Shown here: piece by piece, positions 10,291-22,810 of the stretch | How the letters are laid out: the number at the start of each line of letters is the position of its first letter | How positions within the stretch are numbered: the first letter of the stretch is position 1 | Source: Euglena gracilis | Lineage: Eukaryota | Length of the DNA: 64,000 nt | Reading direction: 5' to 3' | Assembly: GCA_039621445.1 (NCBI GenBank) | Contig: CP154954.1 | Coordinates: 14,805,667-14,869,666, forward strand | Position numbers and translations under genes: made by a program | Notes under the pieces: model-generated | The model's database searches: none | What the model was told of the DNA's origin: nothing | What the model saw: the letters and a program-made list of their open reading frames with translations, nothing else

Positions 10291-13200
10291 TTCAGTCTTC
10301 AGTGATGTGGGCTGCTGCCTTTCGATGATGCTGCTCTTGCCGCGGTGGTGCTTGTTGCGGGTGGGGCTGGGGTGCCGATGGCCAGCACAGTACAGTGTGC
10401 CAGATAGTGCCTCTCTGGCCAGGTGCTGTCCATCGTGCCATTTTGATGCAGACTCGCTGCCCCTAACTGCAGCCGTGCCCTCTGGGCCTGGTGGTGCTGA
10501 TTACTGCTTTGATTAGGCATTGGACTGGCATGGGAAACTGTGCGCGCCCATGCCAGTCCCTGCGTTCCCCTGAGCGAGGCGGCCACTGCCCCAGTGTCCA
10601 GCCCCGGAAGTGGGCGTTGGTGGCTGCACACTCTCTCTTTTGTCATGAAGGTGGTCACGCCTTTGGCATGTTTTTGTCCATGGCCGCCATCGCCGCTGCT
10701 GGGGTCTTGGTTCGCCCATCAGCCCGACCACCTTCACCCAAAATGTTGCAAAGGGTCACTTGCAAGGCAATTTATGGGGAGCTTTGAACTCACCAGGGAG
10801 GTAAGAGGCTTCACCCCATGACCCTCTCCCTCTCTCCCTTCCTCTCTTTTTTTCAATTCCTGTGAGCTCGTTTTGGACAGTCTGTACCACGCAGAATATA
10901 TATACCCTCACTAAATGATTTATCCCACAATGATTGTGTCTCTTATTCGAAAAATTCCCTCTCTCTCTCTCTATGTGTGTGCGTGCTCGCATAAATATTC
11001 ATATATTTTCATTGGAAATTCAAAGGTGTTCTTAGCCAGCCCTAAATTAAAGGTTTTTTTTCCTTGCTGCCCCACAACCATTGTTTGCTCTTTGTGTCAT
11101 TTTGTTCAATATCTTTATATTTTCAACGATGGGTGGAAAAACCACACTGAGATGGGTGTGTTTGGTTTTTCATAGTTTCAATTCTATCGTGTGTTCCGTT
11201 GACAGAGGTATATTCAACACTTGCGCCTCATCCCCCCCCCCCAGGTCTCCCCCATGTCGTTCAACCCACCCCTGGTCGTTGATTGCAAAACATTGGTCAT
11301 ATGAAGGGGGGGTGGCTGTTGTTACCGGCGGTGGGAAGGACTTGAGCTGCTGTCACTGTCCATTTTGTTGCAAGGTTGGCAAGACAAATTTAGCATTCGG
11401 GGCATGTATTTTGCCTGCGGTTGTCAGTCATAGCTTCAGGATTTACGGACCTTCCCCTGGGGTCCTCTGGACAACTGGGAAATGAGGTGCTGGTTTGTTC
11501 CCCTGGAGGGGGAAATTCAATGGGGTCCAGCCCAGCAACTGGTACCCCAAAAGCAGCCCAAATACAACTGGGTTGGCATTTTTTTTCACTAAAATTTGCA
11601 GCTGAAAACCCCCAACCCGCAAAAAAATGCCATTTTGGTATTTTGTGGGCTATTTTTCACCCTTTTTTTCAAAAATGTTGGTACGCCTGGCTTCACTGGG
11701 TGGTCGGTGGCCCCCTGTGGGGTCCACAGCCCACCTGGGAGGGCTGGCTGCTGGATGGCTGGCTGGACCCCCCCGAGGGCAGGGCCCATCCGGCTTAAGA
11801 AAATCCTTGCATACACTACTCCAGTGGCATTGTTCGTTCATTCGTTTTGTTTGAGCAGTTGTAGTTGGTCCGTTTGCAAGTTTGGTGCCATTCCACTCAG
11901 CAGGACGGACAGTGAAGCGGCTTGCCAGTGATAGCCAGTCTCCGCCTTCTACCCATGCCCTTGGTGCACATGCCACGCCTCTACCAATTGCAAGCCATTC
12001 CTTCGTTCATGATCCCTATTCTTTCAAAGGTCCCTGGTTTAATGCGAAGAGAATCCTTCGTTTTCTTTTCAGGGGAGTCTTGGCAAACCAGACAAAAGAA
12101 TGTGAACCATGTTTGTAAAGCGGTTTTATTGTCACCCACCCACCCACCAGCCCAACGCACAGGAAAAAGTTCTTTTTTTCATTTCTTAAGTTTTTTGTGT
12201 GCACCATTCCTCTGCAAGCGGTTAGCGACTTTTTTTAGTTTTGTTTTGTTTTTTTTTCTCAAAAATGAATTTGAAATCATTGTGTTCAATGTGTTTTTTC
12301 AGGTTCGCTTGGAAAATTATTTTGCAAAATTTTTATCACATTGAATCCAGGGACTGCGCCAATGGACCCCGTGCCATATGCTGACACCTCCCAGCATCTT
12401 CCTCCCAGCCTGAGAATGGAACGCGAAGTCAAAACTCTTTGTTATCAGAAAGTTTTGTCACCAAAGATATTGCCTGAGCTAATTGATTGAGACATAATCA
12501 AAAAAGGATTGGACCATGGACTATTTCCCCCCAAATTTGAGGTTGTACACCTTACATTAACAGCTTTGGAGCAGCATTTCTGCCTCATTGTGCAACTTGT
12601 GTAACACCCCCAAAAAAGCACCAGGAAAATTCAGTGGGAATGTGCCCTGTGTCCACAAGCCCCCCCATGGATGAGTAATTCGTTTTTGGCCCAAACCCTT
12701 TGGGGGGTCAGCAAAAAACAACAACGTTGAAATGACCCGGGAAAATTTTGGTGTGTTTTTGATTGTGATCAATTTGGATTTAGAGTATTTAGGTCCAGGG
12801 TGACCAACCCCCAGGGCCTGGGTCTATTATTAACTGTTTTCTGTGTTTAGAAAGTATTACCGACTGGTCTGTGGAAGAGTCGAAGTAACAATGCCAGGGC
12901 CTTTCTTAGGTGACGTAACTTGCATTTAAGGAATTTGCCGGTGTGTGCGAATTCTCACAACGTTTTTCAAAAATCAACCACTGCATCTGGGGAAACAAAT
13001 ATCTGCTTGTTTCACGCCTCTCGATACTGATAATGTATATTGCAAAAATTGGTGCCCCCACTCAGAGGTGGGGGGGGGGGGTGGGGTGGGGGGGTGAATC
13101 CAATAATAATTTCCTTGTTTCTGTGTGCATTTTTCGCTGTGAAATGTGCTTTCTATATCGGGGAACTGTTTGGGTAAAAAAAAACGGGAAAAATTCTTTG

Positions 13201-15149
13201 CACAAAAGGGTCTGAAAGTGGCATTTTGAGTTTTATTTGAGGGGGCGGGGGAAGGGGAGATCGAGGGGTGGGCAGCCCCTCCCCCGGGTAGGGCCAAAAA
13301 AAAAAAAAAGGGAGGTTGGCAGGGGGACGAGGGGTTAGGGATCGATGGGGGGTGGGAGGGGGGAGCGATGGGTGCGGGGTAGAGCTATAGTATATTATTA
13401 TTTGACATGAAAAACACACCTCCAAAATATTGTTGTTTAAAACACACCTCCAAAATATTGTATGTTAAAATTTGGGCACATCGACCATTTGTGTGTTTTT
13501 GCAAGTAAAAAGTACACAAGTGGTCGATGTGTGCAAATGCAAACATCGACCATTTGGCAAAAATATTCAGGTAGTCGGTGTGTGCAAATGCACGAACTGA
13601 CCATTTTGCACAGATCCACAAATGGTTGGCGTATGCAAATATGCACGTGTTCAGTGTACCGCAATCCATCTCTTCAGCTGAAGTTGTGGAAAAGATCTTT
13701 TTTTTTTTTTTTTAAAAAGTTAAAAGCTGCCTTTTTTGTTTTCAGCTGGTCAAATTGTTTAAGGTTTGTGAATGGGAACAGTGTGCAATGTGCGACGAAG
13801 AACGGTTGCAAACGTCCCTCTGTTTTTTTTTTAGCATTTTGACGGTTTATGTAAACCGACATGAAAACGATTGGAGGTAGGAGATAAGACATTCATTGCC
13901 CATGGAGCGGAGGCAATCGTTTTGTCACAGAACGTGACCTACCGAACAGGATGCACTGCCAGAGACCGGAATTTCTTCCCCGTGTAATCATTCAGCATCC
14001 ACAATGGTTGTTCACCAAAAAAAACAAGTTCCAGAATTCAAAGTGTGCATCTATAATCTTCTGGTTACCTGGGTCTGGAGCCGGTTTCCCATTTTTTACA
14101 CCGTGCTGTTTCAAATCAAATCTCAAATATCTGTATCCAAAACACCACCTTTTTGTTGCTCTTGTGGCTACACTTGTGATGATGCCAGTTTTCTATGGAC
14201 CTGAAGCATGTCCCCCCCCCAATTCTGATTACCCGGTCGTAGAGGATAACGTACCAGCCTCGGTGGTGGTTGTTGACAGCCTGGTGGCTGCCAGAACGCC
14301 ATAACCTGCAATCATGTAATGTGACGGCTGCGGCCAAACGAAATCAATGGGACGAACGGCAAGGGCTTTTGAGGATTAACCATCGACCCATTGGCGCGGG
14401 TGAGCGTGAGGCGCGACGTGCTCTTGGTTAACCGCATACCAGAGGTCTTTGTCTCCATTTTGACCTTTAGAGCAGAGGATGTGGCAGCTGGACTCGTGCA
14501 AACCCGAAGATACCAATGCCGGTGGTGGTTGGGGCGGCATACGATGTGGTCTGTTTGAACAAACACATCCCCATTATGGACCATTTCCCCTGCGGCCTGC
14601 ACACAACTTGACAAACACCCCAGACACGCCCTCTTTCCCTCTCCTAAACCCCCCATCATTTTTAAATAAGATGTTTATCACCCCTGATCCCACTATGGGT
14701 ATGAAAACCGAATTGCAAAAAAAAAAAAATTTTTTCCCGTTTTCATCCCCAAACAAAATAACAAAATAAATTATTTCACCCCCACACCCCCCCCCAATGC
14801 TCCTTCAGAAAGAAAGTTGTTTTTACCCCACAACCCGTGAGGGAAAATTATTTGTGGGGGTGTTGAAGACGTATTTTTGGGATCATTTGTTTTCATTATC
14901 GTTCGCGACAATTAATTTTCTGTTACATTTTTTGATGAATAAAATACAATTCTACTGCAGCTCAATTGGCAGAGTGTCTATTTTGTGTGATTTTCAGATT
15001 ATATGAGGCACCTGGCTCCTCACTCGAGCCTCCTGGAGCCTCCTTCAGGTGACCTCCTCGGCCGGGTTCCATTTTTTTGGAGACCCCAAGGCAGGAAAAA
15101 ACAAAAATGTCTATCAAAATTCCGAGGAGAAGCGGAGAGAAAAACCGGG

Positions 15150-15197
<48 letters not shown>

Positions 15198-15392
15198 CCA
15201 AGCCTGCCGTGCATGCCGGGGATTTTGTGCCATCCAGAAATAAAAACAGCTCGAAAAAAAACAAGAAATCAGTCAAAGCAGGATTGACAGCCCCCAAAGA
15301 AGAGAATTCGCTTGGATCTGTCACACTCGTACTCCCCATCGATCCAAGTCCTCGGAGTCCTGGAAGTGCTGTCGAAGAAATCAAATTCCAGA

Positions 15393-15425
<33 letters not shown>
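15150..15425. repeat. Two (GT)n microsatellites (15151-15196, 15397-15424; copy 2 at 53558-53630, 53833-53858)
   Basis: Read directly. Confidence 0.93.
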
Positions 15426-15429
<4 letters not shown>

Positions 15430-16634
15430 CCACACCAACCAAAAGAAGTCTATGTGCGAGTTACACCACCCAACCACCCAAGTCAGTAAAAAATGTGTCG
15501 TCGTGGCATTTCAAGTCAGTTTGGCACCCCGCCACCCACCCACCCACTGCTGGAAAGGGCTGTTGTGTCCAATGTGGCTTTGGCCTTTAGTCTTTGGCCT
15601 TTAATGGCCATTCCAGTGTCGGCCATTCCCATGTTCTCACTCCCACATCACAGCCATATAGCCACTGTGTGGGCCATGTTTGCCGCATTCTTTTTAGTTT
15701 ACACCTCCTGCTACAAGTTCATATGTGCTGCTGCTCTTTTCCAGATATTTTCATTTTCATTCACCCTTTCTCAACTCACCCCATTCTCTTTTTGATTTCT
15801 GATTCTGATTCTTTATATATTTTTTTTATTGAACTTGAACACCAGAAAAATGGACAACCTCAGTGAGATGTGAAGAAACCACGACTCTTTTTGGAAGGGT
15901 ATTTGGAAGGGCAACTCACATACACACATCAAAAATCTCTCTGAAATGATACGGATGAATCTGGGGTTGTTCCATTGGAACTGGTTGCTCCAGCATAGCA
16001 AGTGTGTTGCAAGTATGTTGCTGAGATAGACAGACCGGTAGGCACCCAAATAATGCGAAACACAAAGAATGAGAGGAAGGGGCAGGGTTGGAGTGTCTAC
16101 CCAGGGATTTCGGGAACCTTCAAAACCCAATGTGTGATGTGTGATGGGTGGTGTGCGGAGTGGTTGACTCCCCACCCCCCAGCCAGGCCATATTACTGGG
16201 GCTGGCAGTGGGGTTGCCGGTTTTTAGATCGGAATTCCCACCAGTCTTCCCGTGCGCCCTCCCCCCCCCTCTTAGGGGGCACCCACAAGAATCTTGGGGT
16301 CCCCTGCTGGAGGCGGGGTTTTGGCTATTTTTTGGCACGAGGCACCGACTTTTTTTACCCTCCAAATTACCTCCCAAAAGTGGGTCCCCAGACCTGTCTC
16401 TCCCAGAGTGGTGGGGGTGGACCCCTGTGCTGGTATCCCTGGCTGGGGGCGGGGGGGAACCGGGACCCCCCCCTCGTCTTTCAAGAACAACCCTGATTTA
16501 TATGCCACAGAGAGAGGCAGATATTAGCGCTTCCTTAGATGCAGATATTGTTTGTTATGTACATTGCATTACATTTCGTAATTCCATTTTTGTCATCCTC
16601 TGAGGGTCCCAGAAAATTTGGAATCCTCACTTTT

Positions 16635-16871
16635 GGTTACCTGGAGCGTCCAGGGAGGCACCAGGCAGTCGTGGTAACAGAGCCTCCCTGGAGCCTCCCT
16701 GGAGCCTCCTGGACGCTCCCTAAAAAGGAGCCTCCCTGGAGGCTGGTTACCTGAGCCGCCCTGGAGCCGCCCTGGAGCCTCCTGGAGGCTCCCTAAAAAG
16801 GATGCTCTAGGAGGACCTGAGGAGCCTCCTGGAGCCTCCCTGGAGCCTCCTGGAGCCTCCGGCAGGTAACC
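16635..16871. repeat. GGAGCCTCC(CT) subrepeat array in the left arm
   Basis: ~72-73-bp unit beginning GGTTACC; array bounded by GGTTACCTG/CAGGTAACC. Confidence 0.9.
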
Positions 16872-17184
16872 AATTTTGTACACAGGCCATGTTCAACCCT
16901 CCATCTTTGCATCCGTTATATATTTACACACACAAATGACGTTTGTTTGTTTGCTATTTATGCCATGCCCCGCCAATTGCAGAAAGAATTGAAAACCATT
17001 TATCTATTTGCCACAAAGACGCCATGCCCGCCTGATTTCGCATTTACGGTTTTCCCGTACGCTGTGTCTGCCGATTTGTTGAAACCATTTGTCCATTTGC
17101 CACAAAGACGCCATGTATCCTGAATTTGGATTTCACACGTTTGCTATTGCTTCTTTCTCCCACCAAAAACCATTGTCCATTGAG

Positions 17185-17930
17185 TGGGGGGGGGGAGGGT
17201 AAAACATGGGAGGTGGGGAGGGAAAGGGGGAAGAATGGGGGGGGGGGTGGGGGGTTAGAGAGCAGGGGGGGGGGGGGGGGGGGGGGTATGGGGGAGGGGG
17301 GGGGGGGGGGGGGGGGGGTGGGTGGGGGGGGGGGGAGGCGGGGGGGAGGGGGGAGGGGTCCAGGGGAGGGGGGGAAGTGGGGGAGGGGGGGGGGAGGGGG
17401 GGGGGGAGGGGGGGGGGGGGGGGAGGATGGTTGGATGATTATACGGGGGGGGGGAGGAGAGGGGGGTGCGGCAATTAATTCGGGGGTCATCGGGGGACGG
17501 GGGCGGCGCCTGGGCGCTGGGGGTGGGGGGCTGGGTCAGAGGGTTTGGGAGGGGGCGGGGGGGCGGGGGGGGGAGAAAGGGGGGGGGGAGGGGGGCGGGG
17601 GGGGGAGGGGGGGGGGGGGGGAGGGTGCCGTAGGCCAGGGCAGCTTTTTCTAATCCCATTTTTAACGTCCTCTTCTGTGCTCGGACATTTTGTTTTGATT
17701 CTTTTTTTTTTATTCCTTTGTCGCCAAATTTTGTCCACACAAAAGGATGTTGTTATTAGGGAGCAGGGGAGGGGGGAGGGGGGTAGGGGGGAGAGGGGAA
17801 GGGGGTGGGGGGAGGGGGGGTTCCGGGGGGGAGGGGGGCGGGGGGAGGGGGGAGGGGGCCGCAGGCCCCCTCCCCCCTCCCCCCCTCCCCCCTCCCCCCT
17901 CCCCCCTCCCCCCGCCCCCTCCCCCCCGGG
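17185..17930. repeat. Extreme poly-G / poly-C low-complexity tract (G-quadruplex prone; base calls doubtful)
   Basis: Many G-runs up to ~20 nt, followed by C-runs. Confidence 0.9.
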
Positions 17931-18153
17931 CACAGCCAAACAAACACCACTTTGGATTTCACATGACCCTTTTTTTTGCACGGCAAATAATTAGGTACAA
18001 TTCTGGCCGAATAAAGTCATTTTTGGCTTCAATTAAGCTCTATGTTGCCTCCCAGCCTCCCATTTCACCCATCTTGGCTTTTTTGCAAAATGGTTTTGTT
18101 TTGTTTGCTAATTTCGGCTAATTTGCATTGATTTGGGCAAATAATGGGCTAAT

Positions 18154-19431
18154 TTGGGTCAAAATACAGACGCTGTACAAGATACAGATGCAGGACAAGA
18201 TGTCGTGGACGTAGATCCTAGACGAGATGCAGATGCTAGACAAAATGCAAACGCTGCACAAGATGCAGATGCTGGACAAGATGTCGTGGATGCAGATGCT
18301 GGACAAGATGCAGATGTTGGACAAAATGCAGTGGACGGAGATGCTAGACAAGATTCAGATGCTCGACAAAATGCAGTGGACGGAGATACTGGACGAGATG
18401 CAGATGCTGGGCAAAATGCAGACGCTGGACAGGATGCAGCTGGACAAGATGTCGTGCACGTAGATGCTGGACAAGATGCAGATGCTGGACGAAATGCAGA
18501 CGCTGGACAAGATGCAAACGCCGGACAAGATGCAGTGGTTGCAGATGCTGGACGAGATGCAGATGCTGGACAAAATGCAGACGCCGGACAAGATGCAGAT
18601 GCAGGACAACATGTCGTGGACGCAGATGCTGGACAAGATGCAGATGCTGGACAAAATGCAGTGGACGCAGGCACTGGACGAGATGCAGATGCTGGACAAA
18701 ATGCAGACGCTGGACAAGATGCAGATGCAGGACAAGATGTCGTGGACGCAGATACTAGATGAGATGCAGATGCTAGACAAAATGCAAATGTTGCACAAGA
18801 TGCAGATGCTGGACAAGATGTCATGGATGCAGATGCTGGACAAGATGCAGATGCTGGACAAAATGCAGTGGACGGAGATGCTGGACAAGATGCAGATGCT
18901 GGACAAAATGCAGATGTTGGACAAGATGCAGATGATGGACAAGATGCAGTGGTTGCAGATGCTGGACGAGATGCAGATGCTGGACAAAATGTGGACACTG
19001 GACAAGATGCAGATGCTGGACAAGATGTCGTGGACGCAGATGCTGGACAAGATGCAGATGTTGAAATTAGCCAAAAGCAAATCTCAGAACTCCAGAACAA
19101 CAAAACCAGAAATGTTCCTGCTGCAGACCAGTTCGCAGTGCTTCAATCGCAGTTCCTTGGACAACATGCAAATGCTAGACATGATGTATTGGTTGTAGAT
19201 GTTGGAAAAGATGCAGATGCTGGACAACATGCAGTGGTTGCAGATGCTGGACAAGATGCGGATGCTCTCCAAGATGCATATGCTGGACAAGATGCAGTGG
19301 ATGCACATATTGGACGAGATGCAGATGTTGGACAAGATGTACATGCTGGACAAGGTGCAGAGACCACACAATATGCAAATACTGGACAAGACGTTGACAT
19401 TGGACAAGATTCAGACACCGGACAAGATTGA
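18154..19431 (+). pseudogene. Acidic tandem-repeat ORF (DADAGQ / DVVDADAGQ / NAVDGDAGQ)n, ~425 codons with one internal TGA
   Basis: 18-bp core GATGCAGATGCTGGACAA. All length variants are multiples of 3. Variants GAT/GAC and GCT/GCA/GCC are silent in this frame. TGA at 18760 corresponds to CGA in sister units. A unique spacer reads VEISQKQISELQNNKTRNVPAADQFAVLQSQFLG. Confidence 0.65.
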
Positions 19432-19626
19432 ATGCTATTCAAGATGCAGACGTTGTCCAGATGTTTCACGTCTCTTCTTCTTGTGCCTTCTCGCTTCTTG
19501 TGCCTGCAATATCCCATGTCACATCCCCGGCGAGTAACTGCTGATTCATGCATTTCGAGTCTACAACACCACCGATTGCATCACGGCCCACGACTTCTCC
19601 CATTGTCGGCCTGTGTACACAAAACC

Positions 19627-19890
19627 GGTAACCCGAGCCTCCCTGGAGCCTCCAGGGAGGCTGGTTACCTGAGCCTCCCTGGAGCCTCCCTGGAGCCTCC
19701 TGGAGGCTCCCTAAAAGGGAGCCTCCCTGGAGGCTGGTTACCTGAGCCTCCCTGGAGCCTCCCTGGAGCCTCCTGGAGGCTCCCTAAAAAGGAGGCTCCA
19801 GGGAGGCTGGTTACCTAAGCCTCCATGGAGCCTCCCTGGAGCCTCCCTGGAGCCTCCCTGGAGCCTCCATGGAGCCTCCGGCAGGTAACC
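19627..19890. repeat. 73-bp tandem repeat built of GGAGCCTCC subrepeats in the right arm
   Basis: GGTTACC at 19663, 19736 and 19809 (period 73). Confidence 0.92.
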
Positions 19891-20779
19891 TCCAGTGCAG
19901 GATTCCATTTTTGCGGTAGACCCATCCTCTGACACGAATCAACCAAATATTCCTAGGGCATGTCATTTTGCAACTCACAGCTCCCAATTCTCCCAATATA
20001 TAGTTTGCTTGTTATTCGGTTCTGAGTTAGGAACAAAATATGATTTCTTCCATTTTCCATCCTTGTCCGTTGCCTGTCAACAGAACCTTTATTTGTGCCG
20101 TTGCTGCTGCAGCAGGTCATTTTTTTTTCCACTCAGTCCATCGCCGTGGAATACTGATGCAACTGAGTAATTGCGAAGTCCGCTGGGTGAGAGGGAGGGA
20201 GGAACGTTTGCCCTGCCCTGTTGTTGCCAGTCAGCCTTTGTCACAAACAGCCCAGACGCTGCAGAACGAGGGGGCCACACAGTAATGTTCACCTCACGTT
20301 TTCAAACAAAGGCCATCCTGAAGCAATAATTTCCCGGATTGTCGCTGTTTTTAATTTGAAATTAACCCAAGCGAACCAGCGCCTCTTTTCACCGTTTTTG
20401 TATGCATACCTCGCACACAAAAGTACATTCATAGAACACAGGAGCAGTCGACGTGGCGATATTTGTGAATGTTGAAAGTTGATAATTGGACAAAGGTCCC
20501 CCCTGAAATTATAATACCAGAGATTTTCAATCCAGAGGAGAGTGGAGAAGAACGGAAGTCCAGATAACTCCGTGTACCACGGTGTTTATTTGATATATGT
20601 TCCAAGAATGAGACCGGTGAAATGGAGCAGGAGCACACCACGCTGCGGACCAGTTCCTTGGAGCCTTTTTGCTCCAAGGTTGTAGTAGAACCTCCCCCCT
20701 CGTGATAGCTGACCTTCAACCTCAGCCACAAGACAAGGAGCCTGGCTTCTGGTTCTGTAACATATGATTCATATATAAT

Positions 20780-21798
20780 GGGGATGCCCACCCCGCAGTG
20801 CCGGCACTGCGTGGCACTGCATGGCACCGCGTGGCACTGCGTGGCACTGCGGGCCGTTTACAGGGAGGGGCAAAATATGCACCGTGCAGTTTTTGCAGTT
20901 TTTTGCAGTTTTCACATTTTGGGTTTTTTGCAGTTTTTTGCAGTTTTTTTGCAGTTTTTTGCAGCTTTTTTTTTCTGAAAAAAAACTACACACGTGCAGT
21001 TTTTTGCAGTTTTTTTTGATTTCAGTTTTGAGGAAACCTGAGGTGCTCATTTTTTGGTGCTCTGCGCCTTGTTACGCTGTATATATTGTTTGAAGGGTGT
21101 TTCTCAAGAAAAAGTCTCTCAAGAAATCTCTTCATGAGTTGTGATGTGTACAGTAATCCCGCCAGTTGTCTTGATCCAACTGTTTGCGAGATTCGTGGAG
21201 ACGCAAAGGAGCACGAGCTTTGCAGAAGATTGGGCCTTGTCCCAAGCATTTTGGCCAAATATCACACAAGCCAAATGCTTCAAAGAAGTCATCCTTATTT
21301 GCAAGAAATTCCCAGACCATTCGGCAATCCCCTAAAGACAGTATTCAAAGTTTGTGATGGTTGTTGTAGATTTTTTTTTAGTTTCGTAGATTTTTCTGCA
21401 TCGTGACATGGGTGAAGTTCACCAGGTGATGGACCAAATGTTCCAAAACTGAACATCCCATTCATGAATTAAAAGCATAGAAACTTTCTGCATATGGGTA
21501 TGTGCATTTTATTATGTGAACCAGCATCCAAACCAAACACATGACGTGTGTTCGACATTTCTAGCCAGATGTGGCAAATTGGCCCAAAAAGGCAAAAAGT
21601 TGCACAAAACAACCACAATTGCCCTTGATGGCCCTAAAGTTCCAATGATGCAAAAACTAGTTTTAAGGGCCCGCAGTGCCACGCAGTGTGACGCAGTGCC
21701 ACGCAGTGCCATTCAGTGCCCACGCAGTGCCACGCAGTGCCACACGCAGTGCCACACGCAGTGCCACGCAGTGCCGGCACTGCCGGGTGGGCATCCCC
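20780..21798. mobile_element. 1-kb TIR element with subterminal (GTGGCACTGC)n arrays
   Basis: GGGGATGCCCACCCCGCAGTGCCGGCACTGC(GTGGCACTGC)n at the left is the reverse complement of (GCAGTGCCAC)nGCAGTGCCGGCACTGCCGGGTGGGCATCCCC at the right. Internal TTTTTGCAG repeats; no clear TSD. Confidence 0.88.
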
Positions 21799-22628
21799 AA
21801 AGTCAATTTCCCACACAGGGGATTTCTTAAGGACCCCGGGGGGGTCCAGCCTCTGGCTGGAAAAAAGGCCGCTCACAGCCATTTTTGTGATTGTCATTCA
21901 GCCATTTGGCTATTTTTTTTACTTGGTTTAGTGTTTTGTGCATCTTTTTTTTTGGCTGCTTTGTTACTTCTGCCATTACTTTCTGGCTGATTCTGGCTGA
22001 CTCGGTCATTTTTCAGTGACATTTTCCTTGTTGTTGGCATTTCTGAAGCGATATTACGATCAATCTTTCTGTTTTCATTGGTTGCAGCAATTTCTGGGTG
22101 GATCTCCCCAGTCGGCGCAGTCACTGTTGCAATTCCAAATAATTACGGATAATTATGGATCGCAACAAATGGTGCCCCATGCTCTGATTGTTGTCTTATT
22201 GACCACCTCTCAATAGCGATGCGAGGCTTGCAGCTGTCATTCAGTCTCCGCCTAAGACCCCGTGACCTGGTTGCTGTTGCCGTGCCCACGCCTGACGTAA
22301 ACACCCCATCTCCTCACCCGTGACCCATGACCCATATCTATTCACTCCGTACTTTGTTTGACGAGGTGTCTCTCGCATTCCAAGCAGGGAGCCGCTTAAG
22401 CCGAAGGGCGCCTCATCCCCAGGCCCACCAAATTTCTAAACGTACAAAGTTGGCCCCCTAAGGTTGCCCCCCACCTTTCATTCAATCATGACGTGGTTCA
22501 CATGTGTCGAAGTTTTCGCCGTTCCGGGTTCCCCACTTGTCTGTGGACCCCGGGGTATTAACCAGGTTTTGTGCAGTGCTGAGCCCCTGACGTTGCCATT
22601 GCTGCAGCAAATGTTTGAGGCTTGTGGT

Positions 22629-22810
22629 CAGGCCCAGCAGCCCGGCCCGGTCTGGTGGCACGGCCGGTAGCCCGGCCTGGCAGCCCACCGCTTTCCCGGC
22701 CTGGAAGCCCGGCGGCCGGCCCGTTCGGCAACCTGGCAGCCCGGCAGCCCGGCCCTGCCCGGCTGGCACCCCGGCGGCCGGACTGGCAGCCCGGCCTGGC
22801 CTGGGTCCGG
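22629..22810. repeat. GC-rich (GGCAGCCCGGC)-type degenerate array, likely a transposon subterminal region (copy 2 at 57727-57930)
   Basis: Read directly; unit number differs between copies. Confidence 0.7.

Larger units (their letters stand above)
16604..19922. mobile_element. Mutator-like (MULE/Pack-MULE-type) non-autonomous element, 3.3 kb, copy 1 only
   Basis: Perfect 10-bp TSD CATCCTCTGA (16594-16603, 19923-19932) and a single-copy empty site at 55032-55041. Left end GGGTCCCAGAAAATTTGGAATCCTCAC vs reverse complement of right end GGGTCTACCGCAAAAATGGAATCCTGCAC. Inverted similarity resumes at GGTTACCTG and at TTTTG(TG)TACACAGGCC (16874-16888 vs 19608-19624), giving ~290-bp arms. Confidence 0.85.

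Noticed and set aside
10285-10330. CGAAA...CTGAAGA on the - strand next to the PLE fragment (possible hammerhead)
   Set aside because: There is no room for stem I and no UH cleavage site in the right position.
18154-19431. CRISPR-like array (also considered for 37601-37840 and 19627-19890)
   Set aside because: These are head-to-tail tandem units with no unique spacers and no cas genes, in a eukaryotic context.
16865-19633. Separate inner element with a GGTAACC 7-bp TSD
   Set aside because: GGTWACC is part of the repeat unit in the arms, and the inner inverted repeat is better explained as part of the long TIRs of the 16604-19922 element.
20429-20827. Possible coding fragments at 20429-20760 and 34330-34660
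   Set aside because: They are non-repetitive and protein-like in places, but have no recognisable motif and no diverged paralog to fix the frame or strand.
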